Of a stretch of 64,000 bases of DNA, positions 10,093 through 18,725 are shown piece by piece. Made by a program: the position numbers and the translations under genes. The notes under the pieces were generated by a model. That model saw only the letters and a list, made by a program, of their open reading frames with translations, was not told the origin of the DNA and did not search any database. The DNA is from Bacteroidales bacterium. GTDB taxonomy: Bacteria; Bacteroidota; Bacteroidia; Bacteroidales; WCHB1-69. Positions within the stretch are counted from its first letter, which is position 1. Each line of letters begins with the position of its first letter. The stretch covers positions 8,976 through 72,975 of the forward strand of contig JAFZIP010000007.1 of NCBI GenBank assembly GCA_017554325.1, in the 5' to 3' direction.

Positions 10093-10941
10093 CTATAATT
10101 GGCTGTACGCCGGCGAGAAAGTATCGCCTTGGCGGATGTCGCCAGTGTGAATGCCCTTCTTAAGCCATTTGGCACGCTGCGCGGAGGTGCCGTGGTTGAA
10201 TGACTCGGGCACCGTGTAGCCCTGAGCCCTCTTCTGGAGGTAGTCGTCACCGATCTTGGAGGCCACGTTCAAACCTTCCTCAATGTCGCCGTCTTCGAGG
10301 GAGTTGAACATCTTGTTGTCGTTATAGGCCCACACACCGGCGTAGAAATCGGCCTGCAGCTCCAGGCGCACGCTGATCTGGTTGCTCTCGGTCTTGCTCA
10401 CCTGGCTCATCTTCTGATGCGCCTGCTGAAGGGTTCCGAGCAGGTATTGCACGTGGTGCCCTACCTCGTGCGCGATGACGTACGCGTAGGCGAAGTCACC
10501 ATCCGCACCCAACTGCTCCTTCATGCTGCTGAAAAACGACAGATCGATATAGACTGTCTGGTCGGCGGAGCAGTAGAAAGGACCGGTGGAGGAACTGGCG
10601 TTGCCGCAGCCCGACTGCACACTGCCGCTGAACATCACCAACTTCGGCGGGATGTACTCTCTGCCCATCTTTTTGAATTCCTCGTTCCAGACATCTTCTG
10701 TGCCGGCGAGAATCTTCTTGGTGAAGGTGGCCAGTTCCTCCTCCTCAGCCGTGGGCGTGTATTCGGTTTGCGCCCCGCCGTTCATCTGGTTCACGGTCTG
10801 GAGCACCTCCGACGGGTTACGGCCCATCAGCAGGGCGATAAGGCCGACAATAATAGTGCCGCCAATGCCTAAGCCAATACCTACTTTCTTGCCTCGGCGG
10901 TCTTCCACATTCGTACTTTCTCTTCTTCCTTCTAGATTCAT
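10093..10941 (-). CDS. Neutral zinc metallopeptidase (YpfJ family)
   Basis: GRRESTNVEDRR, GPFYC, YVIAHEVGHHVQ (HExxH), ELQADFYAG, HGTSAQR. Confidence 0.92.
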   Translation of the reverse strand: MNLEGRRESTNVEDRRGKKVGIGLGIGGTIIVGLIALLMGRNPSEVLQTVNQMNGGAQTEYTPTAEEEELATFTKKILAGTEDVWNEEFKKMGREYIPPKLVMFSGSVQSGCGNASSSTGPFYCSADQTVYIDLSFFSSMKEQLGADGDFAYAYVIAHEVGHHVQYLLGTLQQAHQKMSQVSKTESNQISVRLELQADFYAGVWAYNDNKMFNSLEDGDIEEGLNVASKIGDDYLQKRAQGYTVPESFNHGTSAQRAKWLKKGIHTGDIRQGDTFSPAYSQL

Positions 10942-11050
10942 AGTAGATGTTTTTTAATAACAGGCAGCAAAGATACAAAAAGATGTTGGGTTTGATTAAA
11001 GTCACATCAGATTTTGATATTTTTGCAGCCTAGAATAAAAAATATATAAC

Positions 11051-11989
11051 ATGCAGAAAAAGAATAACATAAAGAATGAATTGGTGGCATATTTGCTGCT
11101 GACGGTGGGCAGTTTGCTCTTTGCCGTCGGAGATGTGATGTTTGTGAACCCCTATTTGCTGGCACCGGGAGGCACTTACGGTCTTTCCAACGTGCTCAAT
11201 ACGGTTTGGCCTTGGAAAATCAGCTACTATGCCATCTGTATGGATATTCCGCTCTTGCTTATCGGCACTTGGATTCTCGGACCCAAGTTTGGCGTGAAAA
11301 CAGTGGTCTCCACCATCCTGATTTTCGCATTCACATGGGTGCTGGAAACGACCTGGGGCTACAATCCCGTTATCCATGAAGGTATTGTGGAAGAAGCAAT
11401 GCACAATTATGTCCAGATTCCGCACAGCGACCTGTTTTTCATCCCAGACTATTTCCTGAACACCGTAGTGGGTGGTGTGATTTACGGCATCGCTATTGGT
11501 CTGATTTTCAAGTCGGGAGCAACCTCCGGAGGCAGTGACATCATCTCCATGATTATCCATAAATACACTAAGATTTCTCTCGGCACGCTGGTGCTCATCG
11601 TCGATTCCTGCATCACCCTCACGACGCTTATCGCCTTTAAGCAGATTCGCCTGCCCATCTATTCCATCATCCTGATCGCTATCGAAAGCAAAGTGATCGA
11701 CCTGATTGTGGACGGTATCAAGTCGTATAAAACAGTTTTCATCGTCACGGAAAATATTGAGGAGGTGCGCAATTTCATCATCAATGACATGAAGCGCGGT
11801 GGCACCACCTTTGCCGGCACTGGCTTGTATCAGGGCGCCCAGCGCAAGATGATTTACGTGACCCTCGACCGCTCGGACCTCATCAAGCTCAAATCCAACC
11901 TCCGCTTTTTGGATCCCCATGCCTTTGTGAACGTTATCGAGAGTTCTGAAATTATGGGCTTGGGCTTCAAGGCCCTGCCCGAAGAGTAG
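11051..11989 (+). CDS. YitT family membrane protein
   Basis: LAPGGTYG, GATSGGSDII, RGGT, DPHAFV; multiple TM segments. Confidence 0.88.
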   Translation: MQKKNNIKNELVAYLLLTVGSLLFAVGDVMFVNPYLLAPGGTYGLSNVLNTVWPWKISYYAICMDIPLLLIGTWILGPKFGVKTVVSTILIFAFTWVLETTWGYNPVIHEGIVEEAMHNYVQIPHSDLFFIPDYFLNTVVGGVIYGIAIGLIFKSGATSGGSDIISMIIHKYTKISLGTLVLIVDSCITLTTLIAFKQIRLPIYSIILIAIESKVIDLIVDGIKSYKTVFIVTENIEEVRNFIINDMKRGGTTFAGTGLYQGAQRKMIYVTLDRSDLIKLKSNLRFLDPHAFVNVIESSEIMGLGFKALPEE

Positions 11990-12033
11990 AGTTTTTTTAT
12001 TACTTTTGCATACCGAAAAAATCACCTTTGAAT

Positions 12034-15000
12034 ATGCGCAACGTACGAATTTTCGTTGAAAAGAAACAGGGCTTTGATGTAGAAGCCATCAGCCTGAAAG
12101 ACACCCTCAACCGTAATTTCAACCTTCAGATCCGCAGTCTCCGCCTGTTGGTGGTGTACGACATCTTCAATGTGGACGACACCCTATTGCAGCGGGCTAC
12201 CGTGGGCGTGCTGTCGGAGCCGGTGGTGGACACCATTACCGAAAACTTTCCGCTGGACGGCCTCACCTATCTGGCAGTGGAATACCTGCCCGGGCAGTTC
12301 GACCAGCGTGCCGACAGCGCCATGCAGTGCTTCTCGCTGCTTGACCCGAAAACGGAAGTGGTGATCAAAAGCGCTAAACTGTATGTGTTTGACGGGAACC
12401 TGACACCGGAGCAGTTTGCGCAGATCAAAAAATATTGCATCAACGAGGTGGAGGCGCGCGAGAAGGATATGAGTCAGCTGGCCCTGACCGAGAACCCCGA
12501 CGTGCAGGATGTGTGCATTTACGACGGTTTCAGAGAATGGCCTGCCGAGAAAATGGAGAACTTTCGCCAGAAGATGGGCTTGGCTATGTCGGCCGAAGAC
12601 ATCCTTTTCATTCAGGATTATTTCAAAAATGAGGAGAAAAGAGATCCTTCCGATACGGAAATCAAGTTGCTGGATACCTATTGGAGCGACCATTGCCGCC
12701 ACACGACTTTTGAGACGGAGTTGACGAAAATCACCTTCACGCCGTCCAAGTTCCAGCATCAGCTACAGGCCGCCTACGACCAGTATCTGGCCATGCGGAA
12801 AGAGCTGTACGGCGACCGCGAGAAGCCGCAGACGCTGATGGACATGGCGTGCATCAACGGCAAGTACGAGCGCAAGGCGGGTAATCTGGACGATATGGAG
12901 GTTTCAGAGGAGAACAACGCGTGCAGCATCCACATCAACGTGGAGGTGGACGGCAAAACGGAGCCTTGGCTGCTGATGTTCAAGAACGAGACCCACAATC
13001 ATCCCACGGAGATTGAGCCCTTCGGTGGCGCGGCCACGTGCGTGGGCGGTGCCATCCGCGATCCTCTGAGCGGGCGCAGCTACGTCTATCAAGCGCTGCG
13101 CGTGACGGGCGCGGGCGACATCAACGCGCCGATGAGCGCGACGATGGAGGGCAAGCTGCCCCAGTCCGTGATCTCCAAGCAAGCCGCTGCAGGCTATTCA
13201 TCCTACGGCAACCAAATCGGCCTCGCCACGACGCACGTGCGCGAGATTTATCACGATAATTACAAGGCCAAGCGCCTCGAAATCGGCGCGGTGGTGGGCG
13301 CTGCTCCGGTGGATCACGTGCGCCGCGAGCGCCCGGCTCCGGGAGACGTCATCATCATGTTCGGTGGCCGTACCGGCCGCGACGGCATTGGCGGTGCCAC
13401 GGGCTCATCCAAGGAACACAACGAGAAATCCTTGGACACTTGCGCTGCCGAAGTGCAGAAGGGCAATGCGCCAGAAGAACGCAAGATACAGCACCTCTTC
13501 CGTCGCCCCGAAGTGACGCGCCTCATCAAGAAGTCCAACGACTTTGGCGCGGGTGGCGTGAGCGTGGCTATCGGCGAGCTGGCCGACGGCCTTGAAATAG
13601 ACTTGGATTCTGTACGTACCAAATACAAAGGCCTCAACGGCACCGAAGTCGCCATCAGCGAGTCGCAGGAGCGTATGAGTGTGGTGGTGGACAAAAAAGA
13701 CGTGGAGACCTTCTTCGAATATTGTCGCCAGGAGAACATCGAGGCCAACATCATTGCCCATGTTACCGATAACAACCGCCTGACCATGACATGGCGCGGC
13801 AAGACCATCGTGGATCTCAGCCGCGACTTCATCAACACCAATGGCGTGCGCCAGAAAACCGAGGCTGTGGTGAACGAGATTCCCGACAATGTGCTGGAAT
13901 CCCAACCCGTTACGGGCAATACCATGCAGGAAAAGATGCTCAGCTGCCTCACCAATCCCAACGTGGCTTCGCAGAAGGGTCTCATCGAGATGTTCGACGC
14001 CACTATCGGCGCAACAACCGTGCTGATGCCCTTCGGCGGCAAACGCCAGCTTACGGAAACGCAGGCTTCGGTGCAGAAGCTGCCCGTACTGCACGGCCAC
14101 ACCAACACCGCCAGCGTGATGGCATTCGGATACAACCCTTACATCGCCATGCGCTCCCCGTTCCACGCGGCCATATTCGCCATTCTGGAATCTATGTCCA
14201 AGGTGGTGGCTGCTGGCGCCGACTATCGCAAGCTGCGCTTCACGTTCCAGGAGTATTTCGAAAAGATGGGCCACGAGCCGAGCCGCTGGGGCAAGCCCTG
14301 CGCGGCCATGCTCGGTTGCGTGTGGATGCTCAATCAGTTCAGATTGGCCGCGCTGGGCGGCAAGGACTCCATGAGCGGCACGTTCAAGAACCTCAACGTC
14401 CCGCCTACATTCGTTTCTTTCAACATCGCTACAGAGAATGCTGGAAATATTATTTCTCCGGAATTCAAGCAAAAAGGGAATTATATCTACTTTATCCAGA
14501 ATAAGATTGAAAACTGCCTGCCCGATGTGGAGCGCACGAAACGCGTCTTCAATTTTGTTCATGAACATACACTCAACAGAACCATTGTTTCTGCTTTCAC
14601 GCTGCAATACGGCGGTATCGCCGAGGCGCTGGCCAAGATGAGCTTCGGCAACGATTTGGGCTTCAACGTGAACACCGACCTCAATCTCTTCGATTACGGC
14701 TACGGCAGCTTCGTGGTGGAATCCACACAAAAGCTGGACGCTGAGTTTGCCATTGAATTGGGTGTGGTGGATGACCAATTTGTTATCAACGGAGAGAAAA
14801 TCGACAAAGAGGCCTGCCTGAAGGCTTGGCGCGGCGTCTATTTCAACCTCTATCCCGATATGGCGGCCAACGAAACAGAATCCACAGGTTCGGAATTTGC
14901 CGTCAATAGCAAGTGCCAGCCCGTGGACAAGAGCCCTGTTAAGGTGGACAAACCCAAGGTTATCCTACCGGTGTTCCCGGGCACGAACTGCGACTACGAT

Positions 15001-15747
15001 ACGGCCAAGGCGTTTGAGGATGCCGGTGCCGAGGCGCGCATTTTTGTGCTCCGTAACCTCAATGAGAAGGAAATTAACGATTCTCTGAACGAACTGGCAG
15101 CGGCTATCCGCGAATCGCAAATATTGGCGCTCAGCGGCGGTTTCAGCTCCGGCGACGAGCCCGACGGCAGTGGCAAGTTCATCGCTACGGTACTCAACAA
15201 TGCGCAAGTGAAGGCTGCCGTTAACGACCTGCTGGCCCGCAAGGGACTGGTACTCGGCATTTGCAACGGCTTCCAAGCCCTTGTGAAATCCGGTTTGCTG
15301 CCCTTCGGAAGACTGGGCGACATTACCCCCGAATCCCCGACGCTATACCGCAACAACATCAATCGCCACATCTCGCGCATCGTGCGCACGCGCATCTCCA
15401 CGGTAGCCTCTCCGTGGCTCACCTCCTTCCAGGTGGGCGACGTGCACAGCATCGCGGTCAGCCACGGCGAGGGCAAATTTGTGGTGAACAAAGAGCTGGC
15501 CAAAGAGCTCTTTGAAAACGGCCAGGTGGCCTTCCAGTACTGCGATGAAGCGGGCAACGTGAGCATGAATCCGCTCGACAACCCCAACGGTTCGTCCTAC
15601 GCTATCGAAGGCATCGTCTCACCCGACGGCCTCATCCTCGGCAAAATGGGCCACAGCGAGCGCAAAGGCGAAAACCTCTACAAAAACATCGACGGCAACA
15701 AATTCCAGGACATCTTTAAAAACGCTGTAGAATACTTTAAGAATTGA
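12034..15747 (+). CDS. purL: Phosphoribosylformylglycinamidine synthase (single chain, clade II type)
   Basis: DTYWSDHCRHTTF, FKNETHNHPTEIEPFGGAATC, DFGAGG, glutaminase domain PGTNCD/GICNGFQ/GKMGHSER. Confidence 0.96.
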   Translation: MRNVRIFVEKKQGFDVEAISLKDTLNRNFNLQIRSLRLLVVYDIFNVDDTLLQRATVGVLSEPVVDTITENFPLDGLTYLAVEYLPGQFDQRADSAMQCFSLLDPKTEVVIKSAKLYVFDGNLTPEQFAQIKKYCINEVEAREKDMSQLALTENPDVQDVCIYDGFREWPAEKMENFRQKMGLAMSAEDILFIQDYFKNEEKRDPSDTEIKLLDTYWSDHCRHTTFETELTKITFTPSKFQHQLQAAYDQYLAMRKELYGDREKPQTLMDMACINGKYERKAGNLDDMEVSEENNACSIHINVEVDGKTEPWLLMFKNETHNHPTEIEPFGGAATCVGGAIRDPLSGRSYVYQALRVTGAGDINAPMSATMEGKLPQSVISKQAAAGYSSYGNQIGLATTHVREIYHDNYKAKRLEIGAVVGAAPVDHVRRERPAPGDVIIMFGGRTGRDGIGGATGSSKEHNEKSLDTCAAEVQKGNAPEERKIQHLFRRPEVTRLIKKSNDFGAGGVSVAIGELADGLEIDLDSVRTKYKGLNGTEVAISESQERMSVVVDKKDVETFFEYCRQENIEANIIAHVTDNNRLTMTWRGKTIVDLSRDFINTNGVRQKTEAVVNEIPDNVLESQPVTGNTMQEKMLSCLTNPNVASQKGLIEMFDATIGATTVLMPFGGKRQLTETQASVQKLPVLHGHTNTASVMAFGYNPYIAMRSPFHAAIFAILESMSKVVAAGADYRKLRFTFQEYFEKMGHEPSRWGKPCAAMLGCVWMLNQFRLAALGGKDSMSGTFKNLNVPPTFVSFNIATENAGNIISPEFKQKGNYIYFIQNKIENCLPDVERTKRVFNFVHEHTLNRTIVSAFTLQYGGIAEALAKMSFGNDLGFNVNTDLNLFDYGYGSFVVESTQKLDAEFAIELGVVDDQFVINGEKIDKEACLKAWRGVYFNLYPDMAANETESTGSEFAVNSKCQPVDKSPVKVDKPKVILPVFPGTNCDYDTAKAFEDAGAEARIFVLRNLNEKEINDSLNELAAAIRESQILALSGGFSSGDEPDGSGKFIATVLNNAQVKAAVNDLLARKGLVLGICNGFQALVKSGLLPFGRLGDITPESPTLYRNNINRHISRIVRTRISTVASPWLTSFQVGDVHSIAVSHGEGKFVVNKELAKELFENGQVAFQYCDEAGNVSMNPLDNPNGSSYAIEGIVSPDGLILGKMGHSERKGENLYKNIDGNKFQDIFKNAVEYFKN

Positions 15748-15752
15748 AAATT

Positions 15753-15793
15753 CCCCTTCTATTTTAGAAGGGGTGGCCGAAGGCCGGGGTAGT
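15753..15793. repeat. REP-like palindromic element after purL
   Basis: CCCCTTCTA-TTT-TAGAAGGGG hairpin followed by GGCC-GAA-GGCC and GGGGTAGT. Confidence 0.55.
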
Positions 15794-15822
15794 AATATCG
15801 AATTCAATTATCAATACCAAAT

Positions 15823-16431
15823 ATGCCCAAAATCGAACTCTCAGTAGCGGACATCCATGCGGCCCAGCATCCTTCGGAGGCCTTCTCCTTGATTCTGAAA
15901 GAAAAGGAGGGCGACCGCTATGTGCCTATCATCATCGGGATGAGCGAGGCGCGGGCGATTCTGGTGGAGCTGAACCAGTCGCACACCCAACGCCCCCTGA
16001 CACACGAGTTGTTTGCTTCGATGTGCGATAACTTGGGCTGCCGGCTTACGGAGGTCGATATTGTGCATTATGAGAACGGAGTCTATTTCGCCGATATGTT
16101 GATAATGCGGTCTGACAACACAATCTTTACCATTGATGCACGGCCCTCGGATGCTATTGCATTAGCCTTGAAGGCGGAAGTCCCATTCTACATGGATAGC
16201 GATATTTTCAACGCCAATTGTTTGGTGGATCGGGAGGAAGAGGAAGAAGAAACGTTTAATCCGGCCCAAACGCTTGCCGATACGCAGGAAATACGCCCTG
16301 ATGCTTATATCGAGCAAAAACTACTGGAAATGAGTACGCAGGAACTGCAGAGCCTGCTGGATGGCGCCGTGGAGAGCGAGGATTTTGAATTAGCTTCCAA
16401 AATCCAGGAGGAACTGAATCGAAGGAAGTAA
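15823..16431 (+). CDS. Bifunctional nuclease family (DUF151) protein with C-terminal UVR motif
   Basis: PIIIGMSEA, RPLTHEL, IDARPSDAIALA; AVESEDFELASKIQEEL. Confidence 0.9.
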   Translation: MPKIELSVADIHAAQHPSEAFSLILKEKEGDRYVPIIIGMSEARAILVELNQSHTQRPLTHELFASMCDNLGCRLTEVDIVHYENGVYFADMLIMRSDNTIFTIDARPSDAIALALKAEVPFYMDSDIFNANCLVDREEEEEETFNPAQTLADTQEIRPDAYIEQKLLEMSTQELQSLLDGAVESEDFELASKIQEELNRRK

Positions 16432-16440
16432 TTTTGGGAT

Positions 16441-16535
16441 TGTCCCTTTGGGATATATCTTTTCTGGCTCTGCTTATTGCCGAAAAGGGTCTCGAAGAGA
16501 CCACATTCTATTAACCTCAGACTGCAGTCTGGGGT
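16441..16535. repeat. REP-like multi-palindrome element between convergent genes
   Basis: TGTCCC-TTT-GGGATA; GGTCTC-GAA-GAGACC (16488-16502); ACCTCAGACTGCAGTCTGGGGT (16514-16535); GTCTCGAAGAGAC recurs at 48336. Confidence 0.6.
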
Positions 16536-16542
16536 GGTAAGT

Positions 16543-17373
16543 CTACCGGAATCTCCCAGTTTCCACATCAAAGTGTACGATGTTGCCGTACCCGCAACGC
16601 TGTAATTCCGCCATAGCCTCATCGGCATACAAACTCAATTCTTCCGCCTTGTGCGCATCGGTGCTGATGACGACGGGGATGTCTAATTTTCGGGCTTTCA
16701 TCAATATCTCTGAAGAAGGATAGAAAGCGTCGCAACGCTTTTTGTAAAGACCTCTAGTATTGATCTCCATCACCACATCATGTCGGTGTATGAGTTGAAT
16801 GGCTTTGTCAACCAATGTCTTATACCAACTTTCATCTTCCTGGAAGAAACGGTGCTGGTTGTGCATCTTGATTTTATCCACGTGGGCGATGATATCCAAC
16901 TGCTGGGTCTCCAACATCTCAAAAGTCTGCTCCCAGAAAGTGGTCACCGCCACTTTGATGTTGCCGTCAAAAAGCTGGGCGAGGCCGTTGTCGTAGATGT
17001 CGCGGTCGTGGCCGTCGATGAACCAGAGCTGGTCGTTGTTGTGGGGACGCACCAAGTGCACGCCGCCGATAATGTAGTCGAGATTGTATTGTTGCTTGAA
17101 AGTCTCAAACGGGGTGGACATTCCGGGGATAAAATCGCATTCCAAGGCTTTTAACAGCTTTACGGAAGTGCGGGCCTGCAATTGGTCAATCTCACGGCAA
17201 TACTCGGGAATTTGAGCCTCTTTGATGCCAAATTCGTTCTCAAAGGGTACGGGCGCGTGAGAGGAGAATCCCAATTGGCTGAAATGCAGTCGTTCGGCTT
17301 CGGCTACAAAAGCGTCCAACGGATCTTTGCCGTCGCAATAGGTGCAGTGGGTGTGGTAGTTGGTGTTCATCAT
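16543..17373 (-). CDS. PHP-family histidinol phosphatase (HisJ-like)
   Basis: NYHTHCTYCDG, GFSSHAP, DYIIGGVH, IIAHVD, EINT, STDAH. Confidence 0.88.
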   Translation of the reverse strand: MMNTNYHTHCTYCDGKDPLDAFVAEAERLHFSQLGFSSHAPVPFENEFGIKEAQIPEYCREIDQLQARTSVKLLKALECDFIPGMSTPFETFKQQYNLDYIIGGVHLVRPHNNDQLWFIDGHDRDIYDNGLAQLFDGNIKVAVTTFWEQTFEMLETQQLDIIAHVDKIKMHNQHRFFQEDESWYKTLVDKAIQLIHRHDVVMEINTRGLYKKRCDAFYPSSEILMKARKLDIPVVISTDAHKAEELSLYADEAMAELQRCGYGNIVHFDVETGRFR

Positions 17374-17374
17374 G

Positions 17375-18670
17375 CTATCTGTGGTAAAGGCTGTCCACGA
17401 ATTGGAGAATCTGGTCGCATTTGCCCGTATGGGCGCGGTTGTAGAAATTGCTCAGGAAGACGATCTGGAGGCCATCGGACGGGCGGTACATCCACACGTT
17501 GTGATAGCCGTCCCACAAGCCACCGTGATAGATTACAAAGCCGCTTTTTTCTTTCTCTTCCATACGGACTCCATAACCGTAGCTCTCTTTGGGATAGATG
17601 CCATTATTCAGCTTGTTCTGAGCGCGGGTGGCCTCGTCAACCCATTCCTTGGGCAGTATCTTATGTTGGATGTAGTAGGCGTTGGTCCATTTGATGAGGT
17701 CTTCGGCAGAGGCATAGACACCCTTGTCGCCGAGGATGCCGTTGAGCCGGTCGTACTGGGCCAGCGCGCCGCTTCGCCAGTGTCCCCGTGTTACAGGCAC
17801 TTTCGACATGCACGCCATGGGGTAGGCAATCACGTACTCCTGCCCCTTCTCTGCCGGATCATGCTGCAGCAAGTCCACAGGAGATATGCCTACAATCTCC
17901 GTGAAGAAGCGTGTGTTCTCCATGCCGGCTGGTTCCCACAGGTTGGTGCGCACGTAATGCTCAAACGAATCGCCGGTCACGTCGGATACGATGGCGGCCA
18001 GCAGGGCGTAGTTGGTGTTCACGTACTTGAAGCCGGCGCCACGCACGAACATGCGCGGGAAACGCTGCTGCCCCAGCACCTGGACCAACTGGTCGTTGTC
18101 AATGAAAAACGTGGTGTCGTAAATGTTGAAATCAAAGGTGAAGTACTCCGGAATGCCGGAAGTGTGGGTTAGCAGTTGCTTGATGGTGACGTTTTTGTAC
18201 GGGATGCTGGGGAAGAAACGACATAATGAGTCCGTGAGCTTGATCTTGCCTTCATAGCACAGCTTCAATATGGCTGCGGCGGTAAACTGCTTGGATACGG
18301 AAGCCAGGTCGAACAGCGTGTTCATCGTCATCCGGTTGTCTTCGCGCTTGCGCAGTCGGGCAAGGTCGTTGTAGGTGAGGGTGTCGTAACCCGTGGCCTC
18401 GCGGAACAGTTGCAGGTAACCGCAGGCTCTCTCCAGCAGGATGGTGTCGTGCCGCGCAATGATCAACGTGCCGTTCAGCCGGTTGCAAGTGCTGTCAATG
18501 TAGTGCGCCAGTTCCCGCACAAACGGGGACGTGCTGTCTGCCCGGACAATCGGATTGTCCCGCCGGCACTGCTTGTCCCTGACCGCATTGGCCTTGGTAC
18601 AGCCCATAGCCATCAAGCCCATCAAGCTCACCAAAACCGCCAGAAACAACCAGCTAACCAATCTTCTCAT
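17375..18670 (-). CDS. Serine hydrolase, beta-lactamase/PBP-like family lipoprotein
   Basis: Lipobox AMGC; SxxK (ASVSKQF), LLTHTSG, YxN (YVNTNY), HGG. Confidence 0.85.
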   Translation of the reverse strand: MRRLVSWLFLAVLVSLMGLMAMGCTKANAVRDKQCRRDNPIVRADSTSPFVRELAHYIDSTCNRLNGTLIIARHDTILLERACGYLQLFREATGYDTLTYNDLARLRKREDNRMTMNTLFDLASVSKQFTAAAILKLCYEGKIKLTDSLCRFFPSIPYKNVTIKQLLTHTSGIPEYFTFDFNIYDTTFFIDNDQLVQVLGQQRFPRMFVRGAGFKYVNTNYALLAAIVSDVTGDSFEHYVRTNLWEPAGMENTRFFTEIVGISPVDLLQHDPAEKGQEYVIAYPMACMSKVPVTRGHWRSGALAQYDRLNGILGDKGVYASAEDLIKWTNAYYIQHKILPKEWVDEATRAQNKLNNGIYPKESYGYGVRMEEKEKSGFVIYHGGLWDGYHNVWMYRPSDGLQIVFLSNFYNRAHTGKCDQILQFVDSLYHR

Positions 18671-18717
18671 AATCTCCTAATCTCCTAATCTTCTAATCTC
18701 CTAATCTCCTAATCTCT
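18670..18717. repeat. Six tandem octamers TAATCTCC
   Basis: taatctcc taatctcc taatcttc taatctcc taatctcc taatctct, filling the gap between rho and the serine hydrolase gene. Confidence 0.9.
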
Positions 18718-18725
18718 CATCTCCC

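Noticed and set aside
17375-18670. Acquired beta-lactam resistance gene
   Set aside because: SxxK/YxN motifs are shared by many esterases and peptidases; core-like context and no mobile element
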